Source: Marsupella aquatica
Lineage: Eukaryota; Plantae; Marchantiophyta
Direction: 5' to 3'
Assembly: GCA_973895155.1 (NCBI GenBank)
Contig: OZ316897.1
Location: forward strand, 10,935,832 to 10,999,831
Length of the DNA stretch: 64,000 nt
Shown piece after piece: positions 29,201-42,827 of the stretch; the first letter of the stretch is position 1; the number at the start of each line of letters is the position of its first letter. The notes under the pieces are model-generated. The model did no database searches, was not told the origin of the DNA, and was given only the letters and a program-made list of their open reading frames with translations. The position numbers and the translations under genes are program-made.

Positions 29201-30290
29201 ATCTCACATTCCTCAACGTTCTCACAACACCATCAAACATCTGAAATCTTACAGATCCAAGTCCAACAACTTGACATGGGATTCCATTTCCCATCAACAC
29301 TGACCCGTTGGAAACCGTGTAAGAACTGAAACAATCTCTCCTAGAGCAAATGTGAAAAGTACATGCACTATCTAGAATCCAGTCATCACTACCTGGATTT
29401 GATACTATGTTGAGAGCATAACCTTGACATCACAATATGTCATCATCATCGAGTAAATCTACCTCATGCGAGCTCGATGCCGCATAAGTAGAGGCAGTAG
29501 GGACCTTTACTCGACAATCCCTTTTCATGTGGCCAGAATTGCCACAATTCCAACATGCAAGAGGCTTCCTCTCTTGCGATTTCCCTCTGGATTTAGATCT
29601 CCCCCGTGATGTAGATCTAAACCTGTTCTGCCCATTCGTGCGCTGCGCTGCTCTTCCCCTGTTCACATTCAGCGCAGTGCCAGAAGAAGATGTTGTCTGT
29701 GATAGACCCAGCTTCTTCTGAGCATCATCAGACAGTAATGAGCTCACCACCTCATTATACGAAATGGACTTCAAATCTCTGTACAAGGGCACCTGTTTGA
29801 AGCCCTGATAAGACGGCGGTAAGGAGCTTAGCAGAAGCAAGGTCTTATCCTCATCTTCAACTCCTTTTCCCAGGTTTGACAGATCCACCGCTAGACTGTC
29901 AAATTCATCCAGGTGATCCTGCATCTTGCTCCCTTCCTTGAGCCTAAGGCTCATCAAGAGAGACTTCTTGTACAGCCGGTCTGACGCATCTTCCCAGTAG
30001 TACTTCTCTCTTAGAGCCTTGAACAGTGACGTGCAATCCGCATAATCATCCAGTTGCTTGATGATGTGCGGCTTGAGATATAGCATCACTGCATTGACAG
30101 CAATCACCTGCTCCTGTCTCCACTGTCTCAAAGAAATCTCCTCCTCTCCATCATACTGCTCTCGCGAAGAGAGCAGATGAGCTAAGCCCATGGCCCATAG
30201 AACACCCTTCACTTGCTTCTCCCACAGCAAGTAGTCAGTACGACCATCGTACTTCTCCACCTCAAACTTTACTTCTCCGAATCTAGCCAT
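26211..30290 (-). pseudogene. Copia gag-pol polyprotein, single frame with three in-frame stops
   Basis: Gag (EKYDG, CWNCGNSGHMKRDC), protease (WILDSACTFH), integrase (HFRLGH..CEHC, VHSDVWG, PQQNGISER), RT (KARLVAKG, LYGLKQSPRQW, YVDDML), RNase H (DSDYGG, KHIDIRYHF). Stops at 29430, 28617 (YL*SDN, CGA>TGA) and 27681 (KT*EL, TGG>TGA). Confidence 0.95.
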
Positions 30291-32037
30291 CTCCCTCTTC
30301 TTCCCTACTACCGACAGCTCTGGTAGTAACACAGCTTCCTCCACTGCACGCCGCACCGGTGATCATACCAGTGTCACTAGTTCTTCCTCAAACGGTAGCA
30401 GCTCCTCCTCAGACTCTCCGTCTGACCGTCGTGATCCTAAAGCTCCACCGACGCCAATTCTTCCAGTATCCTCCGAGTCACTCATATGAAACAATCATGA
30501 AAAAACATCTTTTTTCGAAACTTCTCATAAAACTCAAAACTCAACACCTCCGCGTAGCCCACGAAGCTAGGAGTCCAATACTAAAAGCCAAAATCAAAAT
30601 CAAAATTCGACGGAAAAGTTATTCAAATTTCGGTCGGGGTGGGTAAAACCTTGGGAAACTCCCCCGTTTTGACCACCTCGGAGAATAACCGAAATACCCA
30701 GTACAACCCGGCCTCGGAATCGCGATGTGATCGGTGCGCCGCGTTGCTAACTCCAGTGGCAACGTCCTCGCCGAAAAAGAACCAAAAAAGTTACTGTTCG
30801 GCGGACGGAATCTTTGTCGGATGGCCGAAAAACAGCTCTCTGTTTTTCGGGAATATTCCCGCACAATACAGAAGGTCTCACAGGGGGCAGTTCCCCCTGT
30901 CCAAGCGGTTAAAACGGAGGGCGGCAGGTCCCGGCACATGGGACAAACTAATGAATGGGAAAAAAGGCTAAAAATGGGCACTAAAGGGGGTGCTTAAGCC
31001 CCTTAAAGCCTAAAATACCCCGTAAAGGGCCGGGGGTACGAAGGGCGTATGGCCGGCATCGGGGCGGAACGAGGGTACAACCACGTACAAGCGGCATAGA
31101 GCCGCAAAGGGCTGGGCATACGATGACAGGGCGGTGCCACGGTAGCGACTGACACAGTATGGCGGAGGGCGTACGAGCGCGCAAAAAGCGCCGGCCGGTG
31201 TTGCCGCGGCTGAAGGATGAGGGGAAAACAAGGTACGGGGGGGTCGGGCGTACAAGGGGAAACGATGGGGACCAAGGGCCGGGAGGGTGTGTATACACAC
31301 CAAAAATGGCCCTAACCAAAGCCAAGATTTGACTTTAAAACAAAAAAGCCGTTTACACACCTTGAACGTCGCTGCTTCTCATGAGTAAAGTGAACGCCGC
31401 CGACGGGAAATGTTGTCGAATTGCACCGGCGCAGTCTACTGCTCCAGCAGAATAAAAAAAATTCTGTCGCGTCGCCTTCACTCCGCATCAAGTGCCAATC
31501 CCGGGCTCAAAACGACCGCCTCACCGCGATCAAACCGTTGAGCCGTAGCACTTCGCGTCTCTTCCACCAAGTCGGACGTGACGAGGAGAAACCCGGTTCA
31601 GATGTGAACAAGCTCCATAGCTTGTGAAAAAACCTGAACGCCTCCTTCACTCGTCACGACGCACTCGGTAACAACTCGGCAACAAATCAACTACCAAAAC
31701 GATCAGCTTGCTTCAACCTTTAACTTGAGCTACAACATGCGACGCCTCCCGCACCGCACAGCTCACACTGTTGAAAACATAAACTCTGGTCTCTCCCCCG
31801 AAAAACCGTCGAACACGAATAAAAACTGAACGACGCAAACTTCGATTCCTCCGCACCACGGATACCGATCAGCGAGTTCTAACCACCGTTAGAAAGCCCT
31901 CTCACTAACCTATCCGCACAGCCACACACATTCAAGTTTCATGCGACGAAACTCTGAATGTACCATCGACAATGAACACTGGAAAAAACCTGTCACGAAA
32001 AAACCTCGTCACCTCCCAGGCATGCTCTGATACCACT

Positions 32038-32381
32038 TGTTGAGCATAGACGACATTCGTAACGGCAAGCCCATGAACTATCCAACGCACAAGAGTCGAC
32101 ACAGAGAGATACATGGTTCACCTCCACATGAGGCTACGTCCACGGGAACATACAAGAGCTTTACTGCACTCTAGGCCGACCGGCCATACCAAGCATCCAC
32201 AGCACAAGCTCTTCCTATCTCTCAACTAGCTCCATAACAATGAGCCTTTGTTCCACCAGGGTCTGGCATCAGCCCTGGCTATATGCACAATAGCACTACC
32301 GCTAACCTTAGCTAGGTCCTAACCTGAGTTAGCCTAACTGTGGTTAGCACAAGAGTCACAAGACTAGAGCAATATCTAACA
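32038..32381 (-). repeat. Copia 5' LTR
   Basis: Adjacent to the PBS; near-identical to 25660-26003. Confidence 0.95.
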
Positions 32382-35300
32382 ATGCAAAGTGAATTTTTTT
32401 AGTGTCACTTTGAGTAAACGTATAGATGTGAATTGCGATATGATTTTGATAGCTAATTTTGTGGTTATTGCACCAACATTGAGCTGAAAATTATAAGGTC
32501 ATATAACTGCTTAACATTTGTGCACTTATTTATCGGCCGGGACCCGCGGTAGAGGCCGGTAGGTCCATTTTTCTGTTTTATAGAAAAAGGCAACTCCTGA
32601 TTTTTGGGGATATTCATACGGATGTTACTATGTGCATCCTATTTGCTCATTTTTATGGAATTCAATTGATGCCTTATGAATTCAATTGATGCCTTACACA
32701 ACTAAGCTAAGAATAAAAATTGTTGTTTAAGTGGCATTGCGTAAATTGCCTGATATACTCTACCTAGGTGCTCACATCTAAAAACAAATATAGCAAAAAT
32801 GACACCAAGTAAACGCTCACGTCTAACATGAATATTCCCAAAAACATTGTTTGGAAAAACAGTATCAAAGAATTGTTTAAGTCCCAAATGATTTATTTGC
32901 TAGAAACAACTTTAAAAAATAGCGCCCAGATAGCACACGGATAGCACCCAAAACCATTGGTTCACCGACCTGAAGTTCAGGTAAGACTATGCTTTGGAGA
33001 AATACTTTTAGGTATGAGTAATTCCAAAAAATTGAGAGAAAATAACTAAGAAAGCCAAAATTAAGTACCTTAAGTACTATTTCTTTTGCAAAAGTATTTC
33101 AAAACATGCCGACTACTGGAGGCACAATGCCCTCAAATGGAGAATATGTTCCTCCTGTTTCATTTTGAAAAAGCCTTGATAATCACGAGAGCTCCCAGGA
33201 CCCAGACCGTAATTCCGTCAGCTGCAGTCAGATGAGGCCACAAGGAGTAAGGCACAAATTTTCAAACCAAGGTTCTCCGCTGTCTAGGACGCATGGTCTT
33301 TTGCATGACTATTAGTAGTTTTAATTGAGCATCTATTGCAATGTCATCTTTTTTGTTACCGCAAAGTAAATTTTGAGCGGCTTCAACTTTAAGTTCGGAA
33401 ATCTGGCAAGTAATTCTCTGTAATCAGCTCACTTGAACCAGGTCCCTCGCAGTATACTTCAACCTTGCAACCATACCAGCTTGCTAAGAAGCCTGTGTAC
33501 AGAATTTTCCTTGGTTACAATGTATGCATTAGTATGTTTCTTGAAATTGAAGATCGAAGCTGTGTACACCTGGACCAACAATGTTGACACTTGATGAAAT
33601 TTGATCCATGGCCATCCTCCTTAGCTGACCCTTCAACACCAAGACACACCGTCAAATCTCGACTCAAAAGTCTGAACTCATCCCAAACATTTAGTACAAT
33701 GCATGACTACTTCCTGGGATGTTTCAGAAGAGAGAACCAGTACGCTAAAAGTCCAAACAGCTGTGTGACTCCCAGGCCATTGAGAAGCGAGAATCTGGCA
33801 GACTTCCCTTTCTGCAATTCCTTTTGCTACACCATGGGAAGATCTGAAGCACACAGCTGGATCGATCGCTGCATTCCTCGACGACACATTATTTGTCATC
33901 ATCATCAACGTTCAGATGCCTGTCTATTGACTTCTGAGCATTCAGCTCACTTCTATGACGCATTCGGTAAGCGAGAAGATGTCATCCCTTACAGACCGTA
34001 ACATGAGCTAAACCAGAAATCCTTGCCTAGAATTTGCTCCATGAAGTCGCCCACTGACACTAATGCAACCCTTCCAACAGCACGTGCAATAATAATCAAG
34101 TTTGAGAAAATCGTGTTGTGGACGAGGACAACGGAAGCTATAGTGGGCGAGAAGTACCGGAAGTGGAGCACATACCGAATGGAAGGTAGAGGACAGAGAG
34201 GAGATCGCCACTAGATGTACAAGAAATTGAAGACAAAACGAATTGATCTTGGTTGGTAGTGCAAACAGGGACAAAACAACTCAACCTGAATCCGTACACA
34301 GTGAGAGCCAGATGTCAAGAACAAACACAGGACAGACGACATAATTTCCAAGAGCACATTGAGAAAGATGACCAAATCTCAAAAGCATTTGAGAGATCTC
34401 AAAAAGAGCATATAGAGCAACTTGACTGCATCTGGAAGAGAACATACAAAGGAAACTTCCAAATCCCAAACAACAAACAACAAACGACCAGAAGAATGAC
34501 TAAAATCTGCAACAAAATGAGCGAAAAATGAATGGAAATGAGCGACTGCCTCTCAGCTGCCTGGGCCACCATGACTGGTTGAGCCTCAGAATCATTTCGG
34601 GTGAAACAGAGAAAAAGAGAGACAGACCGACAGAAAGATGACAATGGCCGGATCCTGGGGCAGAGGAAGGGACGGCGATCACTCGAGCTCCACATTACCT
34701 TCAATGCTTTCACACTTTGTAGGTGTCTCCTCTTCTTCCCCAGTCAAGCACTCAAGATAGAGTAGTATTGGCAACAACCGCTCCTCCGAATGCACTTCTC
34801 TGCAGCACTTCTCTCCAACACTTTCATTGGTATTCATTGGAATTTGTGTGGAACTTGCTAGGGGTACATGTGCAGGCAATATTGTAGAGTGGTGCTGGGA
34901 CGGACATAGAGGTACTTTACTCGTGCTCTTGCTCAACTCTTGCATCAGACAAGTGTCCTTACCCATTTATGCTTTCGGTGCCTTGCATTTAATTAACTTC
35001 CCTCTTGCTCCAACTCTTGCAGCAGGCAAGTGTCCTTACCCATGTGCTTCATGTTAAAGTTGCATTCAGTCATTTGTGTCATTTGACAACCTTTTCTGTG
35101 CCTCGCATTTAACTTGCAGTCAGTCTCAGTCATCTGCGTCACTGACAACCTTTGCATTCAACCTGCAACCATCTTCATCATTCAACAAGCCAGATTTTGT
35201 ACACAGCTTACTCAAAGATGGTTTCCCCTACGACGGTGGTTCTATAGCAAATCAATCGTACATACACTAAAGTGCCAACATGGGACCTAGAATATTTTTT

Positions 35301-37157
35301 GCCCCCCCCCCCCCCCCCACCTTGCTTCATGGGACCTAGCCTCTGTGAGTGTTGTTAGTTTTTTAAGTATCATGGTTGAGTGAAACTTATTATGCAAGTT
35401 ACAAAAGCAAGATAAAACCTTTGGCAAAATAACTAAAATGTGGCAAGAAAATGAAATCTCTGAAAATTTGCAGGTCTTTCAATTTTCAATGAAATTTAAC
35501 TCTGTTAGGCTTTTGGGAAGATCTTTTCAATTAGTTTCTAATGAACCCAGAAACATCTATTGGGTATCAAGGGAGATACTCAATGTCAAAGTCAGGTGCA
35601 AAAAATTGGAAGAGCAATGTGTGGACAATAAGTGTGGATCTTAGACTTATAAATTCTTAACTCTAAGTTCTTCATCAAAACTATAAATATCATACTATTG
35701 GAAAGATCTTTCGAAGTAGCTTCTATAGAGCCCAAGAAGAGTCAATTTTGTTGGACATCGAGTGAGGTATCGAAGGTCAAACGTTACTCCTAAAACGTGT
35801 TGGAAGCACGAAGAGTGTCACCTAGCCTTTGTATAATGTGTCATTGTCCTTTGGGCTCAGCCCAGTAGATTCGGACCATGGGAGCGTCCTTTTGTGACAA
35901 CTGGGACCAATAATAATTACATGCTCATCCCCTCGTTTTGGACTCTGCTCCCAACTGGGCTGCTCTCCTCTTTCTATGGGGACCTAATTGGCTCCTTGTG
36001 TGCCTCGTTTTAATTTAGGGCCAACTCACATATCCAAGATCCTTCAGAATCCGGCCCTTACCACTTCTGGCAGTTTTGGGAAAAGCACCATCAACTCGAT
36101 CCTTGTGGGTTATAATGTTGTGTTTGCAAAGGGGCTGTCCCTGCTGTGTCGTATGTGCAGCATATTTACACAAGGCTGTGCAAAACTCCCGGCAAAATTG
36201 TGAACCTTCAAATTTTGTTTTTTTAGCCAATCAAAGGTCAGGACCTGCAAAGGCTGGAATGTTTCTGGCCCTTGCCCTTGGGTGCCCATAAGACATGCAG
36301 TCAGGCCTGACTAATGAGTGGGATACAGCTTGGCAGTATCATCAACTTTGACGATGACATGTAGTAGTTTCAGGGCCGCTTTCTGAAGGGCCAATAACAT
36401 GCAAGTTGGCCCTTAGCTGTTTATTTATTCTCTCTGTAAGATTTATCCTTCCAAATGACACTGTAATCAATTCATGTCAGTTGTCACAATGTACCGGGCA
36501 ATGTACACAAAATCATGATAATTAGGATGGTTTTACTGGGGTTTGGACTGGATTTCAGACCGACTTTCCTGCTTCCCCTTGTGTGTTGACCTCTTTTCTT
36601 GTTACCTGTTATTTAGTTCTCTCTGATAGAAAATGCCTTTCCAAAGAATATGGAGTCTATTGATGCCAGTTTAGGGTTTATATAAAGTAAATTAGTATGA
36701 TATAATAGCTTATGATCTAATGGTTCTCCTTGGGGTCTTGGACTTGGTCACGACAGCCTCTGTTGTCCAGTTTCCAAAGAACCCCTTTTCATCCTTTTTA
36801 GTATTTATATATTTAAGGTCAGTCTCGGCAGGTCGGCTTGAGAGTGGCTCATTTCTGATTTTTGAAGTAAAGTGTACATCATTGATATAGCTGGCCCGTT
36901 CTAAGACACATCTATTTTAACTTATTCACAATAAAGTCTAATATATGTAACTAGTTTATGAAACACAAGCTATCATATCTTATTCAAGAATATTGAAACA
37001 ATGATTATAAAAAGTAAAGTGAAAAAGCATATTATTAAAGTGAATAGATAACGGTACTCTCTGGGTGAAACACAAGTACAAGTTAGTGTACCTTGTTGTA
37101 GGTACAGTATTTTGTGGTTGAAAGCGAAGATCGCACGTTAAATTTACACTGCGTTAA

Positions 37158-37889
37158 TGCTCCCCAATCGTCTTGGGGCCCCGTACACTGCCCGTCCCAG
37201 TTCCCAATGTTGCTGCCCGCTCCGGCCCGAGTTTGCCAGAACATAAACTAAGACACTATCATTTTGTCACCTGCTCCGGCCCGATTAATATTGTGCCATC
37301 GACTTTAGGTTTATGTTTTAGCACCCTTCACTTTTTGTTGCTCGCTCCGGCCCGATAAACTTTGTGCCATCAACTTCTTCCTTATGGAGTTGTGGTTTAT
37401 GTTTTGGCAACATTTTTGTCCAACAAAGTCATGCCCGGCTAGGGGGTCATGCTTGCTTTGTAAGAGAGTCTAAGTGTTCAAGTACAGCCTAGTACTCTGG
37501 TTAAGAATCATGATTGATAGAGTCTTGGTTGCTGTTCTGTCAAATTCTTCTTTTCTATGGAGTTGTGGTTCATGTTGTGGTAACACTTCTTTCCAATGGA
37601 GTCATCTTTGTTTCATAATAGAGTCTAAGTGTTTAGGCAAAGCCGCAAAGCCTGGTACTTTGGATGAGAGTCATGATAAATGATAGAGTATTGGTTTATG
37701 TTGTGGCAACAGCAAGTGAAGGGTGCCAGAACATAAACTCGAAGTCGACAGCACAAAGTTGATCAATCCGGGGCATGTGACAATATGGTAGAGTTTTGGT
37801 TTATGTTCTGGCAAACTCAAGCCGGAGCGGGCAGCAACATTGGGGATTGGGACGGGCAGTGTATGGGGTCCCAAGAAGATCGAGGAGCA
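37158..37889. mobile_element. Foldback/MITE-like element with about 175-bp imperfect TIRs
   Basis: 37158-37332 is an inverted copy of 37714-37889 (ORFs 37173+ and 37671- translate almost identically); TTAA on both flanks. Confidence 0.7.
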
Positions 37890-39239
37890 TTAACTAATTT
37901 TGTACCTTTCTAGATTTTGGGGGGCTCTCTATTTAGGTGGGGCTTCTCTGTTTAGGTGACACCTATTGACCTATAAACCATAATCATTGGAATTCTTTTA
38001 AACAATAGACATATAAGCTACTGGGCATCGTTGGATTTTGTCCTAGTTGCCTGGTTGAGTTTGGAGAGTGTTTGAAGAGTGTTTGAAGAGTTTTATAGTA
38101 TCAATAAATTCTCATGAAAATGGGGAGTGCTTACAGCATAAATACATAATAAAACTAGAGGGATAACATAAATTATTATACTAAAAAGATTAAAAGAAGT
38201 TTAAGCATGTCTACTTTAAACTAAGTACTTGAAAAAATTACAGGGGCTGAAAGAAATGATTAAAATCACACAAATACAAAGTAAAAGCATAGAATAGACC
38301 AAATTGACATAAAAATATATAACAAACAATTCTAATAAGACAAGGTAACCAAAGTGTGTCCAGCCATATAGCAGCATCAACAAAATTGCATATATATTAT
38401 GTGTTTGATAGCCCAAATGAATGCTAGTGCATTTAATGACTGTCATTGCGGCCACATCATTGTTGGTGCAGACCATGTACCCGTGCATTGCACAAAAATG
38501 TTGACATGAGATGAATTGCAGGTGGGGACTCTCTATTGTTGTTGGGACTATGCAATTGTTGTGGTCATTAGTTGTGAGTTGCAGTGAATGTCAATGGCGA
38601 GGTAAAACAATTCAAGTGAGATAAACTAAGATTCAAGTGTTGTTATTATGACTGGGGCATTGGGTCATCTGTTTAGCAGTCATGTTCCAACTGAGGTGCA
38701 AAGGTCTGATCATTTGGACTAGGTAATTGTTTTTGTGAAAATGTTATCATGTTGGTCAGTGTTGTTGTGGAGTGTTGATGTTGTTGGGAAGGGTAAGAGT
38801 GAGGGTGGGGGGACGCAAGACGGGTGATGGTGGCCACAACGTCAAAGACTCCAGGAGTTTTTAATTTGTTAATTTTCTATGTATACATGTATTTTTATAT
38901 TCAAGTATATATGTTTTACATATATTCAAAGTTTTTCCTTCTAATTGTTCAATTATTATTTTTAAACTAAAATTTGATTTGATTTGCTTTGATTTTTTTC
39001 TCATGGGCAGGTGCGGGCAGGTGCAGGGCAGGTTGCACAATTTTTATATTTATATTTATTTTCCAATTTATTTAATTTAAATTTAAATAAATTCAATATA
39101 AATAAATTTAGTTATTTTTTGAGGCAAGCTAAAGGGAACCTTGGGCAGGAATTTATTTTAAATGGTAGTCATGGCATAAAGGACAGCCTTAACAGCCGGG
39201 GTCAGGAGGGCAGCCGTACCCAGGAAGGAAGGGCAGCAG

Positions 39240-39490
39240 TGGGCTAGGCAGGGCATGCAAGGGCTCTGGAGAGAGGCTCTTTTCCCAATCCAACAGTGTG
39301 AACAAAATGGCTAGGCAGGGCATGCAAAGGCTCCAGAGAGGAGGCTCTTTTCCCAATCCAACAGTGTGAGAAAATGGACGGAAGGGCAACAACGGGCTAG
39401 GCACGGAATGCAAGGGCTCTGTAGAGAGGCTCTTTTCCCAATCCAACAATGTTTTTAAAAAATGACTAGGCAGGGCATGCAAGGGCTAAT
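39240..39490. repeat. Tandem repeat of about 70-85 bp (about 3.5 copies)
   Basis: ggctaggcagggcatgcaagggctct.gagagaggctcttttcccaatccaaca repeated. Confidence 0.8.
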
Positions 39491-39522
39491 CATGAAACTG
39501 CTATATAGCAGCATCAAAAAAA

Positions 39523-39918
39523 TTGAAGTAAAGTGTACATCGTTGACTATGCATTAGACTTATTTAAGTTGGGAGAGACACACTATTTTAACTCCACTTG
39601 CACACCCACTTGGCTACTGTTAGCTCCACACTAAATTCACATCACGACAGCCTCTGTTGTCCAGTTTCCAAAGGGCCCCTTTTCATCCTTTTTAGTATTT
39701 ATATATTTAAGGTCAGTCTCGGCAGGTGGGCTTGAGAGCGGTTCATTTCTGATTTTTGAAGTAAAGTGTACATCATTGACTATGCATTAGACTTATTTAA
39801 GTTGGAAGAGACACACTATTTTAACTCCACTTGCAAACCCACGTTGCTACAGTTAGCTCCGCACTAAATTGGCACATCACGACAGCCTCTGTTGTCCAGT
39901 TTCCAAAGGGCCCTTTCT
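39523..39918. repeat. Local duplication (period about 235 bp), also matching 36748-36890
   Basis: gaagtaaagtgtacatc.ttgactatgcattagac... twice; tcacgacagcctctgttgtccagtttccaaag at about 36748, 39642 and 39878. Confidence 0.75.
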
Positions 39919-40211
39919 AGTATTTATGCAGGGACATGCGACGATGTGCATAAATTGGCATCATTTTCCGACATGTCTGGCCCTCCAAGAGTCCTAGTTG
40001 CTTGCTTGTCCAACTTATGGTCTTTTCGCGGGTGTCCCTCAGCATCATCCCTGCCCCCCTCTAACTTTCCCTGCAGATTGGCCACCCTCTAATTTTCCCT
40101 GCAGATGGACAGACAGACAGAGCTATATTGGCAGCCTAGAACCGGAGTAGCATTTTGTACAGTGCAAAATGGTGTTAGATTCCACCTCCCTAAAAGGTGT
40201 TCTAGATTTCA

Positions 40212-40635
40212 CCTCTAAAAAATGTGTTCTCTAGCCTTTCTGTCATCCATGGCCATCACTAGCCAGACCCTGATTGTCATCCTCAAATGTAGGGTCATCC
40301 TCAAATGTAGGGTCATCCTAAGGTATCTCAAATAGTAGGGGTGGAAATTTCCTAGCATCTTCTCCTTCCCTCTAAAAAAATGTGTTCTCTAGCCTTTCTG
40401 TCATCCATGGCCATCACTAGCCAGACCCTGATTGTCATCCTTAAATTTAGGGTCATCCTCAAATGTAGGGTCATCCTAAGGTATCTCGAATAGTAGGGGA
40501 GGAAATTTCCTAGCATCTTCTCCTTGCCTCTAAAAAATGTGTTCTCTAGCCTTGCTGTCATCCCTTGCCATCACTAGCCTGATCGTCATCCTTAAATTTA
40601 GGGTCATCCTCAATGTAGGGTCATCCTAAGGTCTC
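40212..40635. repeat. Tandem repeat of about 157 bp (about 3 copies) with an internal 18-bp subrepeat
   Basis: cctctaaaaaatgtgttctctagcctt...gtcatcctcaaatgtagggtcatcc. Confidence 0.8.
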
Positions 40636-42480
40636 CTCATTGTGCTGATACTTTTTTTCCCCTCGCAACAACCAAATGAATTCCATTCATAAAGCCAACA
40701 TACAAAAAGGAGGGCCCAAAAAGGGACACCAACCCACAAGACCAAAGGTCCATGTGCTAAGACCGGGGGACCTACACCAGGAAAGAGACTGAGCCTTTGA
40801 AGGAGGCATTCAACTAAACAAGCAGTTTAAAACTACAAATGGGAGTAGCACACTCTTAAAGACCGGCCACTGAACAGGTCCTCAGGTTCCTTCCAGTGGG
40901 TTTGTGATATGGTTTTTAAAACTACGGTCTGTCTGCAGTGCAGCCTCTAAACCTGATCAAAGTGAAAAATCATGGGGGACATGGTGGAACAGTTGGGACC
41001 TGAATTCAGTATGTTCTCATGTATCTCCCAAAGGCCCACCCAAGTACTGTAGTTCTGGGACATGTCCTGGTGGGCTTTCCCCAAGGTCTGCTTTCCAGCA
41101 CGAATCTTGGTGTTGTGCCACACCCACTCCACGGCGTAGGTAAATTCCAAGTCGATGCCAGGATTTCCGGATAAACCCCTGTGGGTTTGGGCGAGTAAGC
41201 TCAAAGAAATGTATATTCCAATCCTTCCAAAGATTCCAACACACAATTTCCCTGAGAGTATGCCACAATTTTGTAGGTATGTCCCACTCCTCAGGTACAA
41301 AGGCCCCTACAAACATGTGAGTAAGTTGTAGCTGGATGTAGTTGCCCCGTGAGAATGCATATAGCTGCAAAATGTGATGCACCCATCTCCAAATGAATTG
41401 TGAACTAGTACAACCCCAGATGCAATGGACAATTATATCTTCTTGTTGATTCTGCTCACATCTAGTGCACCAGGTGGTAGGGTCTGTGGGGGGAGTTTGG
41501 AAATCTCCAGTGGTGTGTGGCAGGTATTCTATTCAGTTGCCACAAAAATCAATTCTCATTGGCTGCCTGGAATGGTAACCAGACATCAGCCCACATCTAG
41601 CTGTGATTGGGGTTCCACTGCAGCCTGGCTGCCCACTTACTCATTGCCTTGTGTAAGGTACCTGGAAGTGGTCCCTGAATTTCCCTCAGATGGGCAGTAT
41701 TGGTTTCCAGGAATGGACAGTCATCCTTCCATTCGTACTGCAGCAGTGGAGCAAGAATGCCCACAGGTCTCCCAACACATTGTTTGTAATCCGTAGCAGT
41801 GCCATGCATCTGCACCATCACCCAATGAAGAAGGGTTCCAGCAGGGGAGGAATATTATTTGATTGGTATAGTAAATCATTTAACACCTTGAAAGGTTGCC
41901 TTGAAGAAGAGATGTCATTGAAGTGCTGCCATTGGGATGTGATGTGTTTTCGCTCAATCTGGTATTCCCAAATGCAAAGCTTCCCATCGGGTAGATTACT
42001 CTCCATAAACACAGGGATGTGTTGCTCAGGGTTTGCATGTAGTTCCGGCACACTCCTCAGATTCTCCATCAATTTCCTTTTTGCAACACCACAAGACCCT
42101 GGCAGCACATTACATGGTCCATCCTCCCATCTGATAAATTGACCAGTCACATCTAAGATATCCTTCATGGATCGAAAGCCAGCCCTCCAGATTTTCTGTT
42201 GCAGGTTGATGTGGCACTTTGCTTGGTTGTAGTTGATGTGATTGACATGGGGACGCCAAAGAGGTAGATCCAGCCGTCCTTCAATATGTCCAGGGGAAGA
42301 AGGTCTCAGGTTCTTCTTAATGACATTCCAGCCAGTACACACATTGGTCCAAACCCGTAATCCCCCCTGCGGCAGAGCATATGCACTGAGAAAACACCCA
42401 AGTGAAGTCCTCCACACCCCACTTATGTTGTGAGAGCTGCTTGATCTCATGTTGGAGAATTCAATGTAGGGGGTGATCCC

Positions 42481-42768
42481 CTTGGGGGCTTCACTTCCAC
42501 AAAAATGGCACATCACGTGTGACAAAGGATAGTGTCATTTTATTGGTTTGAAGGGAAGACTTAAGAATTTTTGCAGAAGAACAATAGGGTCTTTTAAATC
42601 CAATTTTGAGACTTATAAGAACATTAGGGTCTTTCTAACCAAATTTTTGGAATATTCCAACTTTATAGGGGTTGAAATTTAAGAGATTTTTTTCTTACAG
42701 TTTAGGGGGCTTGAGGCCTAAAAATGTTGCACGAGATGGGAAGGCATCCATATAGTGAGATCCCCGAG
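42481..42768. mobile_element. MITE, 8-bp TSD (family B)
   Basis: TSD GTGATCCC (42473-80, 42769-76); imperfect 15-bp TIRs cttgggggcttcact / agtgagatccccgag. Confidence 0.8.
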
Positions 42769-42827
42769 GTGATCCCCTTCAGCCAATGCCCAAAGAATGA
42801 AATTTCCAGCCAATGCCTTGAATTGCA

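Larger units (their letters stand above)
25660..32381 (-). mobile_element. Full-length Ty1/Copia LTR retrotransposon
   Basis: Two 344-bp TG...CA LTRs, 5-bp TSD ATGCA (25655-59, 32382-86), PBS TGGTATCAGAGC (tRNA-iMet; 32024-32035, minus), PPT at 26004-26016, domain order gag-PR-INT-RT-RH. Confidence 0.97.

Noticed and set aside
30359-31627. Several 90-120 aa ORFs in the Copia leader
   Set aside because: GC-rich and overlapping on both strands; no recognisable domain (not env-like).
33591-34531. Cluster of plus-strand ORF fragments
   Set aside because: Possibly a decayed gene or TE, but no family could be supported.
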